A stretch of DNA of 64,000 bases from Isurus oxyrinchus (Eukaryota), in NCBI GenBank assembly GCA_026770705.1, contig JANJGN010000034.1, positions 15,872,001-15,936,000 on the forward strand, in the 5' to 3' direction. Made by a program: the position numbers and the translations under genes. The notes beneath the pieces were generated by a model, which was given only the letters and a program-made list of their open reading frames with translations, was not told where the DNA came from and did no database searches. Shown here piece after piece: positions 49,685-62,800 of the stretch. The first letter of the stretch is position 1, and each line of letters starts with the position of its first letter.

Positions 49685-49782
49685 TGGAAGCAGCCGGCTC
49701 GGCTGACCCCCTAACACCGAGTCCGGGGCCTGGTGAGGAGACAGCTACACTTGAGGAATTAGGAGCAGAGGGTCCGAACTCG
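49685..49782 (+). CDS. Candidate second coding exon of the same gene
   Basis: gtcttccag| (phase 1) and tcg|gtaagg; continues in frame as VEAAGSADPLTPSPGPGEETATLEELGAEGPNS. An alternative acceptor at 49648 is in the same frame. Confidence 0.4.
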
Positions 49783-49794
49783 GTAAGGAATTGG

Positions 49795-50470
49795 TTTTTT
49801 GGCCTACTTTGTGAGGGGGATGGAGCATAAGAGGTGGGAAGCCTTGCTACTGCTGTACGGGGCATTGCTGAGATTGCACCTGGAGTCCTGTGGACAGTTC
49901 TGGCCTCCTTACTTAAGGAGGGACAGGCTTGCGTTGGAGGCCGTTCAGAGAAGGTTCACTCGGCTGATTCCCGGGAGGAAGGGGGTTTGTCTTAGGAGGT
50001 CAGGTTGAGCAGGTAGGGCCTGTACCCATTGGAGTTTAGAAGAAAGAGGGGTGACTTTAATTGAAACATATCCGATTCCGAGGGGGCCTTGACAGGGTGG
50101 ATACTGGGAGGATGTTTCCCACCCTCGTGGGGGAATCTAGAACCAGGGAGCACAGTTCCGGAATGAGGGATCTCTCATTGAAGACGGAGATGAGGAATTT
50201 CTTCTCTCAGAGGAGAGCTAGCCTGTGGAATTCTCTCCCCCCCAACACCACCCCCCCCCCACCCCCCACCCCCCACCACCCCGAGAGTATGGATGTTGGG
50301 TCATTGACTATGTCCAAGACCGAGTTAAGACAGATTTCTGATCGACGAGGGAGTCAAGGGTTGTGGAGGGGCCGACGGGAAAGTGCCGTATTCGAATAAG
50401 CCATGATCTCATTGAGTGGCCCAGCAGGGCTCGAGGGGCTGAATGGCCTACGCCTGCTCCTATTTCTGGG
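49795..50470 (+). mobile_element. CR1-type LINE 3' fragment
   Basis: LYGALLRLHLESCGQFWPPYLRRDRLALEAVQRRFTRLIPG, followed by the CR1 3' UTR. Confidence 0.8.
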
Positions 50471-50805
50471 CGGGTGCAGCAGGAGGGCCCGGGAGTGACC
50501 GAGCAACAGCTCACCGACTGCAAATTAAAGGCCAATTAACCAATTTCCAATGAACGGCCAGCCAGCGGGAAAGCTCCCTGAGGGCGCAGAGCCACCTCCA
50601 GCAGCCGAAGAGCTTTATCGTTAAAAATAAAGCCTTCAAAAATAAGGCAAACATGTGATTCTGTCACATGAGCAGGGACATGTGGAAAATGAGCTTTTAA
50701 AAATTCATTTGTTTATCTTTTTAAAATCGCTGATCAATACCTCCTCCCGCCCCTGGATGAGGTTTCGCCATAGATGGGTATAGTTGCCTCGTCTCCCTCC
50801 CTGCA

Positions 50806-53800
50806 ATCTCTCCAGTATCTCTATGTCCTTTCGGTAATATGGTGACCAGACCTGCTCAGTGCGGTGCAACCAAATTCTGATGCAGGTTTAACGTTACTTC
50901 CCTACTTTTCAATTCTATCCCTCCAGAAATAATCCCTAGTTTTTGGTTCAATTTTTGCCTTGCTTGCTCACCTAAGGGGGCAACTTCCAGTGGGTGGTCT
51001 TATTTGCGCTCTGTGAAAGTGTTGGGGGAAACCTGCACACACTATTAAATAACTCCCCGCGATTCAGGCTCGAGTGTGTAGTCCAAATGCAAGGTTATTA
51101 CTCAGGCATCAATCGTACAGTGACGATTACAGTTATCGATTCAGACAGCCTGGCTTATTGTAGGCTGGAGTTGATCCGACAAGGTGTCTGTAGATGTTGG
51201 AATCCTGACCGTCCTGTGACTTCTGAGCTTAAAGGAGCTGTTCCCTGGTATATTGCCTACCTTTTCCGTGTGAGTTATATTACACGGTACCCAGGATGTA
51301 TGTTAAACTGAGTTGCTTCTCACCCAGAGTTGACATCACCGCTGTCTTGAAGATTTAACTGTTAAGAAGTGAAGACTAGAAAGGGAACAGACTGACTGAG
51401 ACAACCTCAAATCATTAAATGTTACAGGGTGAGCGCTCCTGATATTCTGACCAACCGCCCCCCCCCAGGATTGGCACCAGATTTGGGGGCACATCCAACG
51501 TATCTCCTGGCAGAAACAGAACGTTCTAGAGAAACTCAGCAGGATTGGCAGTGCCCTGTGCAGAGAAAAAACAGAGTTAACATTTCAACATTTGAGGACT
51601 TGAAACATCAACTTTGCTCTTCTCCGCCGATGCTGACAGACCTGCTGAGTTTTTCCAGGTGTTTCTGTTTTTGTGTAACATTTCAAGCGCGAATGTCTCT
51701 TCTCCAGAGCTGAAGAGATGTAGAAATCTGATGGTTTTTTTTAATATTGTTTAAGAGAGGGAGGGGGGCTGGGAGAAGCAAGATAGAAGGACAGGTTGAG
51801 GTGAGAGCTCAGGTGAGATTTGACAAAGATGTTCATGGACACAAGACAAAGGGAGTGTTAATGTTTGTGTTAAATATGAAAGCAGGTGTTAACAATGGCA
51901 TGGAGGTCAGATACAGAATGTGTTAATAGCAGAACAAGGCGGTTGTTCTGCTATTAACACATTCTATATCTGCCCTTCATGCCATTATTAACACCTGCTT
52001 TCGTCTTTAACAGTGACTTCTGACTAGCATTTGGTGGGGGTAGAGGGTGGGGGAAGGGGAAAAAGAACCTTCTGACAGTTTCTACTCCCATTTTTCTGGC
52101 CAATAACTGATGTAGACAAAATTCAAACTCGGGTAATCACATTGAGATGTGATTAAATATTGAACCCGAGTGAATTCTCAAAGTTTGTTAAAAATTGGTT
52201 TCCATACATGGTTCACAGTCGCAGGTGAATGAATATTTAGCCAGAATCTGTTACAATCAGAGTCCAGTTACATTAAGAAAGAATGACTGCATTTGTATAG
52301 CATTTCTAACATAGTAAAACATCCACAAAGCGCTTCACAGGAGCCTAAATTAGACAGATTTTGACATTGAGCTATAAAAGGAGATATTAGGACTGAGCAT
52401 CAATAGTCAAAGATGTAGGTTTTCATAAAAGACGAGAGAGAGAGAGAGACAGTGACAGAGAGGTTTAGAGAGGGAATTCCAGTGATCAGGGCCCCAGGAA
52501 GCTGAAGGCAGGGCCGCCCATGGCGGAGCGATGAGAATCGGGGGATGGTCAAGTGGGCGGAATTGGAGAAGCAGAGAGATCTCGGAGTGTTGTAGGGTCT
52601 GGAGGAGGTTACAGAGATAGTGAGGGTTGTAGGGGCTGGAGGAGGTTACGGAGATAGGGAGTGTTCTGGGCCTGGAGGAGGTTACAGAGATAGGGAGGGT
52701 TCTGGGCCTGGAGGAGGTAACAGAGATAGGGAGGATTGTAGGGCTGGAGGATGTTACAGAGATAGGGAGGATTGTAGGGGCTGGAGGAGGTTACAGAGAT
52801 AGGGAGGGTTCTGGGGCTGGAGGAGGTTACAGAGATAGGGAGGATTGTAGGGGCTGGAGGAGGTTGCAGAGATAGGGAGGGTTGTAAGGGTTGGAGGATG
52901 TTACAGAGATAGGGAGGGTTGTAGGGGCTGGAGGAGGTTACAGAGATAGGGAGGGTTGTAGGGGCTGGAGGAGGTTACTGAGATATGGAGGATTGTAGGG
53001 GCTGGAGGAGGTTGCAGAGATAGGGAGGGTTCTGGGGCTGGAGGCGGTTACAGAGATAGGGAGTGTTGTAGGGGAACAGAATTAAAACTAGCTCCGTTAC
53101 TCCTGGATAAGAGAAGCCACTTTGGACTGTCATACAGTGACATAGACAGGATTTGATTACACAGGATTTCATATATGCGGCACAGAAACAGGCCATTCAG
53201 CCCATCTTCTCCGTGCTGGTGTTTCTGCTCCACACGAGCCTCCTCCCACCTTCTCTCCATCTCACCCGATCGTCATATCCTTCTATTCCTCTCTCCCTCA
53301 TGTGTTTATCCAGCTTCCCCCTTCAATACATTGACACTATTCACCTTGACCACTCCCTGTGGGACCGAGTTCCACATTCTCCCCACACTCTGGGTAAATC
53401 GGTTTCTCCGGAATTCCCCATTGGATTTATTAATGACGATCTTATATTGATGACCGCCTATTTCTGGTCTCCCATCCCACCAGAGGAAACACTCCCTCTG
53501 TATCCACTCCATCAAAAACCTTTCTGAATTTTAAATACCTCGATTAGGTCACTCCCTTCGCTTTCTCTTTTCTAGAGAACATAGACCCAGCCCGTCAGTC
53601 CTGTCCTCATATGTTTACCCTCACATTTCTGGGATCATCATTGTAAATCTTTCCTGCACCCTCTCCAGTATCTCTATGTCCTTTCGGTAATATGGTGACC
53701 AGACCTGCTCAGTGCGGTGCAACCAAATTCTGATGCAGGTTTAACGTTACTTCCCTACTTTTCAATTCTATCCCTCCAGAAATAATCCCTAGTTTTTGGT

Positions 53801-56800
53801 TTGATTTTTGCCTTGCTTGCTCACCTAAGGGGGCAACTTCCAGTGGGTGGTCTTATTTGCGCTCTGTGAAAGTGTTGGGGGAAACCTGCACACGCTGTTA
53901 AATAACTCCCCGCGATTCAGGCTCGAGTGTGTAGTCCAAATGCAAGGTTATTACTCAGGCATCAATCGTACAGTGACGATTACAGTTATCGATTCAGACA
54001 GCCTGGCTTATTGTAGGCTGGAGTTGATCCGACAAGGTGTCTGTAGATGTTGGAATCCTGACTGTCCTGTGACTTCTGAGCTTAAAGGAGCTGTTCCCTG
54101 GTATATTGCCTACCTTTTCCGTGTGAGTTATATTACACGGTACCCAGGATGTATGTTAAACTGAGTTGCTTTTCACCCAGAGTTGACATCACCGCTGTCT
54201 TGAAGATTTAAGTGTTAAGAAGTGAAGACTAGAAAGGGAACAGACTGACCGAGACAACCTCAAATCATTAAATGTTACAGGGTGAGTGCTCCTGATATTC
54301 TGACCAACCCCCCCCCCCCAGGATTGGCACCAGATTTGGGGGCACATCCAACGTATCTCCTGGCGGAAACAGAACGTTCTAGAGCAACTCAGCAGGATTG
54401 GCAGTGCCCTGTGCAGAGAAAAAACAGAGTTAACATTTCAACATTTGAGGACTTGAAACATCAACTTTGCTCTTCTCCGCCGATGCTGACAGACCTGCTG
54501 AGTTTTTCCAGGTGTTTCTGTTTTTGTGTAACATTTCAAGTGCGAATGTCTCTTCTCCAGAGCTGAAGAGATGTAGAAATGTGATGGTTTTTTTAATATT
54601 GTTTAAGAGAGGGAGGGGGGCTGGGAGAAGCAAGATAGAAGGACAGGTTGAGGTGAGAGCTCAGGTGAGATTTGACAAAGATGTTCATGGACACAAGACA
54701 AAGGGAGTGTTAATGTTTGTGTTAAAAATGAAAGCAGGTGTTAACAATGGCATGGAGGTCAGATACAGAATGTGTTAATAGCAGAACAAGGCGGTTGTTC
54801 TGCTATTAACACATTCTATATCTGCCCTTTATGCCATTATTAACACCTGCTTTCGTCTTTAACAGTGACTTCTGACTAGTAATTGGTGAGGGAAGAGGGT
54901 GGGGGAAGGGGAAAAAAAACCTTCTGACAGTTTCTACTCCCATTTTTCTGGCCAATAACTGATGTAGACAAAATTCAAACTCGGGTAATCACATTGAGAT
55001 GTGATTAAATATTGAACCCGAGTGAATTCTAAAAGTTGGTTAAAGAATTGGTTTCCATACATGGTTCACAGTCGCAGGTGAATGAATATTTAGCCAGAAT
55101 CTGTTACAATCAGAGTCCAGTTACATTAAGAAAGAATGACTGCATTTGTATAGCATTTCTAACATAGTAAAACATCCACAAAGCGCTTCACAGGAGCCTA
55201 AATTAGACAGATTTTGACATTGAGCTACAAAAGGAGATATTAGGACTGAGCATCAACAGTCAAAGATGTATGTTTTCATAAAAGATGAGAGAGAGAGAGA
55301 GACAGTGACAGAGAGGTTTAGAGAGGGAATTCCAGTGATCAGGGCCCCAGGAAGCTGAAGGCAGGGCCGCCCATGGCGGAGCGATGAGAATTGGGGGATG
55401 GTCAAGTGGGCGGAATTGGAGAAGCACAGAGATCTCGGAGGGTTGTAGGGTCTGGAGGAGGTTACAGAGATAGGGAGGGTTGTAGGGGCTGGAGGAGGTT
55501 ACAGAGATAGGGAATGTGGTAGGGGCTGGAGGAGGTTACAGAGATAGGGAGGGTTGTAGGGGCTGGAGGAGGTTACAGAGATAGGGAGGGTTGTAGGGTC
55601 TGGAGGAGGTTACAGAGATAGGGAGGGTTGTAGGGTCTGGAGGAGGTTACAGAGATAGGGAGGGTTGTAGGGTCTGGAGGAGGTTACAGAGATAGGGAGG
55701 GTTGTAGGGTCTGGAGGAAGTTACAGAGATAGTGAGGGTTGTAGGGGCTGGAGCAAGTTACAGAGATAGGGAGGGTTGTAGGGTCTGGAGGAGGTTACAG
55801 AGATAGTGAGGGTTGTAGGGGCTGGAGCAAGTTACAGAGATAGGGAGGGTTGTAGGGTCTGGAGGAGGTTACAGAGATAGGGAGGGGTGTAAGGTCTGGA
55901 GGTGGTTACAGAGATAGGGAGAGTTGTAGGGTCTGGAGGAGGTTACAGAGATAGGGAGGGTTGTAGGGTCTGGAGGTGGTTACAGAGATAGGGTTGTAGG
56001 GGCTGGAGCAGGTTACAGAGATAGGGAGGGTTGTAGGGTCTGGAGGAGGTTACAGACATAGGGAGGGTTGTAGGGTCTGGAGCAGGTTACAGAGATCGGG
56101 AGGATTGTAGAGGCTGGACGATGTTACAGAGATAGGGAGGGTTGTAGGGTCTGGAGGAGTTTCAGAGATAGGGATGGTTGTAGGAGCTGGAGCAGGTTAC
56201 AGAGATAGGGAGAGTTGTAGGGTCTGGAGGAGGTTACAGAGATAGGGAGGGTTGTAAGGTCTGGAGGTGGTTACAGAGATAGGGAGGGTTGTAGGGTCTG
56301 GAGGAGGTTACAGAGATAGGGAGGGTTGTAGGGTCTGGAGGAGGTTACAGAGATAGGGAGATTTGTAGGGTCTGGAGGAGGTTACAGAGATAGGGAGGAT
56401 TGTAGGGTCTGGCGGAGGTTACAGAGATATGGAGGATTGTAGTGTCTGGAGGAGGTTACAGAGATAGGGAGGTTTCTGGGGCTGGAGGAGGTTACAGAGA
56501 TAGGGAGGGTTGGAGGGGCTGGAGCAGGTAACAGAGATCGGGAGGATTGTAGGGGCTGGAAGAGGTTACAGAGATAGGGAGGGTTGTGGGGCTGGAGGAG
56601 GTTACAGAGATAGGGAGGGTTGTAGGGGAACAGAATTAAAACTAGCTCCGTTACTCCCGGATAAGAGAAGCCACTTTGGACTGTCGTACAGTGACATAGA
56701 CAGGATTTGATTACACAGGATTTCATATATGTGGCGCAGAAACAGGCCATTCAGCCCATCTTCTCTGTGCTGGTGTTTCTGCTCCACTCAAGCCTCCTCC

Positions 56801-59800
56801 CACCTTCTCTCCATCTCACCCCATCGTCATATCCTTCTATTCCTCTCTCCCTCATGTGTTTATCCAGCTTCCCCCTTCAATACATTGACACTATTCACCT
56901 TAACCACTCCCTGTGTGAACGAGTTCCACATTCTCCCCACACTCTGGGTAAATCGGTTTCTCCGGAATTCCCCATTGGATTTATTAATGACGATCTTATA
57001 TTGATGACCCCCTGTTTCTGGTCTCCCCTCCCACCAGAGGAAACACTCCCTCTGTATCCACTCCATCAAAAACCTTTCTGAATTTTAAATACCTCGATTA
57101 GGTCACTCCCTTCACTTTCTCTTTTCTAGAGAACATAGACCCAGCCCGTCACTCCTGTCCTCATATGTTTACCCTCACATTTCTGGGATCATCATTGTAA
57201 ATATTTCCTGCACCCTCTCCAGTATCTCTATGTCCTTTCGGTAATATGGTGACCAGACCTGCTCAGTGCGGTGCAACCAAATTCTGATGCAGGTTTAACG
57301 TTACTTCCCTACTTTTCAATTCTATCCCTCTAGAAATAATCCCTAGTTTTTGGTTTGATTTTTGCCTTGCTTGCTAACCTAAGGGGGCAACTTCCAGTGG
57401 GTGGTCTTATTTGCGGTCTGTGAAGGTGTTGGGGGAAACCTGCACACACTGTTAAATAACTCCCCGCGATTCAGGCTCGAGTGTGTAGTCCAAATGCAAG
57501 GTTATTACTCAGGCATCAATCGTACAGTGACGATTACAGTTATCGATTCAGACAGCCTGGCTTATTGTAGGCTGGAGTTGATCCGACAAAGCATCTGTAG
57601 ATGTTGGACTCCCGACTGTCCTGTGACTTCTGAGCTTAAAGGAGCTGTTCCCTTGTATATTGTCTACCTTTTCCGTGTGAGTTATATTACACGGTACCCA
57701 GGATGTATGTTAAACTGAGTTGCTTCTCACCCAGAGTTGACATCACCGCTGTCTTGAAGATTTAAGTGTTAAGAAGTGAAGACTAGAAAGGGAACAGACT
57801 GACCGAGACAACCTCAAATCATTAAATGTTACAGGGTGAGCGCTCCTGATATTCTGACCAACGCCCCCCAGTATTGGCACCAGATTTGGGGGCACATCCA
57901 ACGTATCTCCTGGCAGAAACAGAACGTTCTAGAGAAACTCAGCAGGATTGGCAGTGCCCTGTGCAGAGAAAAAACAGAGTTAACATTTCAACATTTGAGG
58001 ACTTGAAACATCAACTTTGCTCTTCTCCGCCGATGCTGACAGACCTGCTGAGTTTTTCCAGGTGTTTCTGTTTTTGTGTAACATTTCAAGCGCGAATGTC
58101 TCTTCTCCAGAGCTGAAGAGATGTAGAAATGTGATGGTTTTTTTTAATATTGTTTAAGAGAGGGAGGGGGGCTGGGAGAAGCAAGATAGAAGGACAGGTT
58201 GAGGTGAGAGCTCAGGTGAGATTTGACAAAGATGTTCATGGACACAAGACAAAGGGAGTGTTAATGTTTGTGTTAAAAATGAAAGCAGGTGTTAACAATG
58301 GCATGGAGGTCAGATACAGAATGTGTTAATAGCAGAACAAGGCAGTTGTTCTGCTATTAACACATTCTGTATCTGCCCTTCATGCCATTATTAACACCTG
58401 CTTTTGTCTTTAACAGTGACTTCTGACTAGCATTTGGTGGGGGTAGAGGGTGGGGGAAGGGGAAAAAAAACCTTCTGACAGTTTCTACTCCCATTTTTCT
58501 GGCCAATAACTGATGTAGACAAAATTCAAACTCGGGTAATCACATTGAGATGTGATTAAATATTGAACCCGAGTGAATTCTAAAAGTTGGTTAAAGAATT
58601 GGTTTCCATACATGGTTCACAGTCACAGGTGAATGAATATTTAGCCAGAATCTGTTACAATCAGAGTCCAGTTACATTAAGAAAGAATGACTGCATTTGT
58701 ATAGCATTTCTAACATAGTAAAACATCCACAAAGTGCTTCACAGGAGCCTAAATTAGACAGATTTTGACATTGAGCTATAAAAGGAGATATTAGGACTGA
58801 GCATCAATAGTCAAAGATGTACGTTTTCATAAAAGATGAGAGAGAGACAGTGACAGAGAGGTTTAGAGAGGGAATTCCAGTGATCAGGGCCCCAGGAAGC
58901 TGAAGGCAGGGCCGCCCATGGTGGAGCGATGAGAATCGGGGGATGGTCAAGTGGGCGGAATTGGAGAAGCACAGAGATCTCGGAGTGTTGTAGGGTCTGG
59001 AGGTGGTTACAGAGATAGGGAGGGTTGTAGGGTCTGGAGGAGGTTACAGAGATAGGGAGTGTTGTAGGGTCTGGAGGTGGTTACAGAGATAGGGAGGGTT
59101 GTAGGGTCTGGAGGTGGTTACAGAGATAGGGAGTGTTGTAGGGTCTGGAGGAGGTTACAGAGATAGGGAGGGTTGTAGGGTCTGGAGGAGGTTACAGAGA
59201 TAGGGAGGGTTGTAGGGTCTGGAGGTGGTTACAGAGATAGGGAGTGTTGTAGGGTCTGGAGGAGGTTACAGAGATAGGGAGGGTTGTAGGGTCTGGAGGA
59301 GGTTACAGAGATAGGGAGGGTTGTAGGGTCTGGAGGTGGTTACAGAGATAGGGAGGGTTGTAGGGGCTGGAGGAGGTTACAGAGATAGAGAGGGTTGTAG
59401 GGGCTGGAGGTGGTTACAGAGATAGGGTGAGTTGTAGGGGCTGGAGGAGGTTACAGAGATAGGGAGAGTTGTAGGGGCTGGAGGAGGTTACAGAGATAGG
59501 GAGGGTTGTAGGGTCTGGAGGTGGTTACAGAGATAGGGGGGGTTGTAGGGTCTGGAGGTGGTTACAGAGATAGTGAGGGTTGTAGGGACTGGAGGAGGTT
59601 ACAGAGATAGGGAGGGTTGTAGAGGCTGGAGGAGGTTACAGAGATAGGGAGGGTTGTAGGGGCTGGAGGAGGTTACAAAGATAGGGAGGGTTGTAGGGGC
59701 TGGAGGAGGTTACAGAGATAGGGAGGGTGTAGGGTCTGGAGGAGGTTACAGAGATAGGGAGTGTTGTAGGGTCTGGAGGAGGTTACAGAGATAGGGAGGG

Positions 59801-62800
59801 TTGTAGGGTCTGGAGGAGGTTACAGAGATAGGGAGTGTTGTAGGGTCTGGAGGAGGTTACAGAGATAGGGTGAGTTGTAGGGGCTGGAGGAGGTTACAGA
59901 GATAGGGAGGGTTGTAGGTGCTGGAGGAGGTTACAGAGATAGGGAGGGTTGTAGGGTCTGGAGGTGGTTACAGAGATAAGGAGGATTGTAGGGTCTGGAG
60001 GAGGTTACGGAGATAGGGAGTGTTCTGGGCCTGGAGGAGGTTACAGAGATAGGGAGGGTTCTGGGGCTGGAGGAGGTAACAGAGATAGGGAGGATTGTAG
60101 GGGCTGGAGGAGGTTACAGAGATAGGGAGGGTTCTGGGGCTGGAGGAGGTTACAGAGATAGGGAGGATTGTAGGGGCTGGAGGAGGTTACAGAGATAGGG
60201 AGGTTTGTAGGGGCTGGAGGAGGTTACAGAGATAGGGAGGGTTGTAGGGGAACAGAATTAAAACTAGCTCCGTTACTCCTGGATAAGAGAAGCCACTTTG
60301 GACTGTCATACAGTGACATAGACAGGATTTGATTACACAGGATTTCTTATATGCGGCACAGAAACAGGCCATTCAGCCCATCTTCTCTGTGCTGGTGTTT
60401 CTGCTCCACACAAGCCTCCTCCCACCTTCTCTCCATCTCACCCCATCATCATACCCTTCTATTCCTCTCTCCCTCATGTGTTTATCCAGCTTCTCCCTTC
60501 AATACATTGACACTATTCACCTTGACCACTCCCTGTGTGAGCGAGTTCCACATTCTCCCCACACTCTGGGTAAATCGGTTTCTCCAGAAGTCCCCATTGG
60601 ATTTATTAGTGACGATCTTATATTGATGACCCCCTGTTTCTGGTCTCCCCTCCCACCAGAAGAAACACTCCCTCTGTATCCACTCCATCAAAAACCTTTC
60701 TGAATTTTAAATACCTCGATTAGGTCACTCCCTTCGCTTTCTCTTTTCTAGAGAACATAGACCCAGCCCGTCAGTCCTGTCCTCATATGTTTACCCTCAC
60801 ATTTCTGGGATCATCATTGTAAATATTTCCTGCATCCTCTCCAGTATCTCTATGTCCTTTTGGTAATATGGTGACCAGACCTGCTCAGTGCGGTGCAACC
60901 AAATTCTGATGCAGGTTTAACGTTACTTCCCTACTTTTCAATTCTATCCCTCTAGAAATAATCCCTAGTTTTTGGTTCGATTTTTGCCTTGCTTGCTAAC
61001 CTAAGGGGGCAACTTCCAGTGGGTGGTCTTATTTGCGCTCTGTGAAAGTATTGGGGGAAACCTGCACACGCTGTTAAATAACTCCCCGCGATTCAGGCTC
61101 GAGTGTGTAGTCCAAATGCAAGGTTACTACTCAGGCATCAATCGTACAGTGACGATTACAGTTATCGATTCAGACAGCCTGGCTTATTGTGGGCTGGAGT
61201 TGATCCAACAAAGTATCTGTAGATGTTGGACTCCCGACTGTCCTGTGACTTCTGAGCTTAAAGGAGCTGTTCCCTTGTATATTGTCTACCTTTTCCATGT
61301 GAGTTATATTACACGGTACCCAGGATGTATGTTAAACTGAGTTGCTTCTCATCCAGAGTTGACATCACCGCTGTCTTGAAGATTTAACTGTTAAGAAGTG
61401 AACACTAGAAAGGGAACAAACTGACCGAGGCAATCTCAAGTGATTAAATGTTACAGGGTGAGCGCTCCTGATATTCTGACCAACGCCCCCCCCCAGTATT
61501 GGCACCAGATTTGGGGGCACATCCAACGTATCTCCTGGCGGAAACAGAACGTTCTAGAGAAACTCAGCAGGATTGGCAGTGCCCTGTGCAGAGAAAAAAC
61601 AGAGTTAACATTTCAACATTTGAGGACTTGAAACATCAACTTTGCTCTTCTCCGCCGATGCTGACAGACCTGCTGAGTTTTTCCAGGTGTTTCTGTTTTT
61701 GTGTAACATTTCAAGTGCGAATGTCTCTTCTCCAGAGCTGAAGAGATGTAGAAATGTGATGGTTTTTTTAATATTGTTTAAGAGAGGGAGGGGGGCTGGG
61801 AGAAGCAAGATAGAAGGACAGGTTGAGGTGAGAGCTCAGGTGAGATTTGACAAAGATGTTCATGGACACAAGACAAAGGGAGTTTTAATGATTGTGTTAA
61901 ATATGAAAGCAGGTGTTAACAATGGCATGGAGGTCAGATACAGAATGTGTTAATAGCAGAACAAGGCGGTTGTTCTGCTATTAACACATTCTATATCTGC
62001 CCTTTATGCCATTATTAACACCTGCTTTCGTCTTTAACAGTGACTTCTGACTAGCATTTGGTGGGGGTAGAGGGTGGGGGAAGGGGAAAAAAAACCTTCT
62101 GACAGTTTCTACTCCCATTTTTCTGGCCAATAACTGATGTAGACAAAATTCAAACTCGGGTAATCACATTGAGATGTGATTAAATATTGAACCCGAGTGA
62201 ATTCTAAAAGTTGGTTAAAGAATTGGTTTCCATACATGGTTCACAGTCGCAGGTGAATGAATATTTAGCCAGAATCTGTTACAATCAGAGTTCAGTTACA
62301 TTAAGAAAGAATGATTGCATTTGTATAGCATTTCTAACATAGTAAAACATCCACAAAGTGCTTCACAGGAGCCTAAATTAGACAGATTTTGACATTGAGC
62401 TACAAAAGGAGATATTAGGACTGAGCATCAACAGTCAAAGATGTATGTTTTCATAAAAGACGAGAGAGAGAGAGAGACAGTGACAGAGAGGTTTAGAGAG
62501 GGAATTCCAGTGATCAGGGCCCCAGGAAGCTGAAGGCAGGGCCGCCAATGGCGGAGCGATGAGAATCGGGGGATGGTCAAGTGGGCGGAATTGGAGAAGC
62601 ACAGAGATCTCGGAGTGTTGTAGGGTCTGGAGGTGGTTACAGAGATAGTGAGGGTTGTAGGGTCTGGAGGAGGTTACAGAGATAGGGAGGGTTGTAGGGT
62701 CTGGAGGAGGTTACAGAGATAGTGAGGGTTGTAGTGGCTGGAGGAGGTTACAGAGATAGTGAGGGTTGTAGGGGCTGGAGGAGGTTACAGAGATAGGGAG

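Noticed and set aside
50994-51311. 105-aa ORF conserved in four copies as a tandem gene family
   Set aside because: It starts at GTG, has no recognisable domain and overlaps the LTR-like segment in antisense. Recent tandem duplication explains the conservation.
52135-52155. miR-23-like sequence (atcacattg)
   Set aside because: Only 9 nt match, and the rest of the mature sequence and the precursor geometry do not fit.
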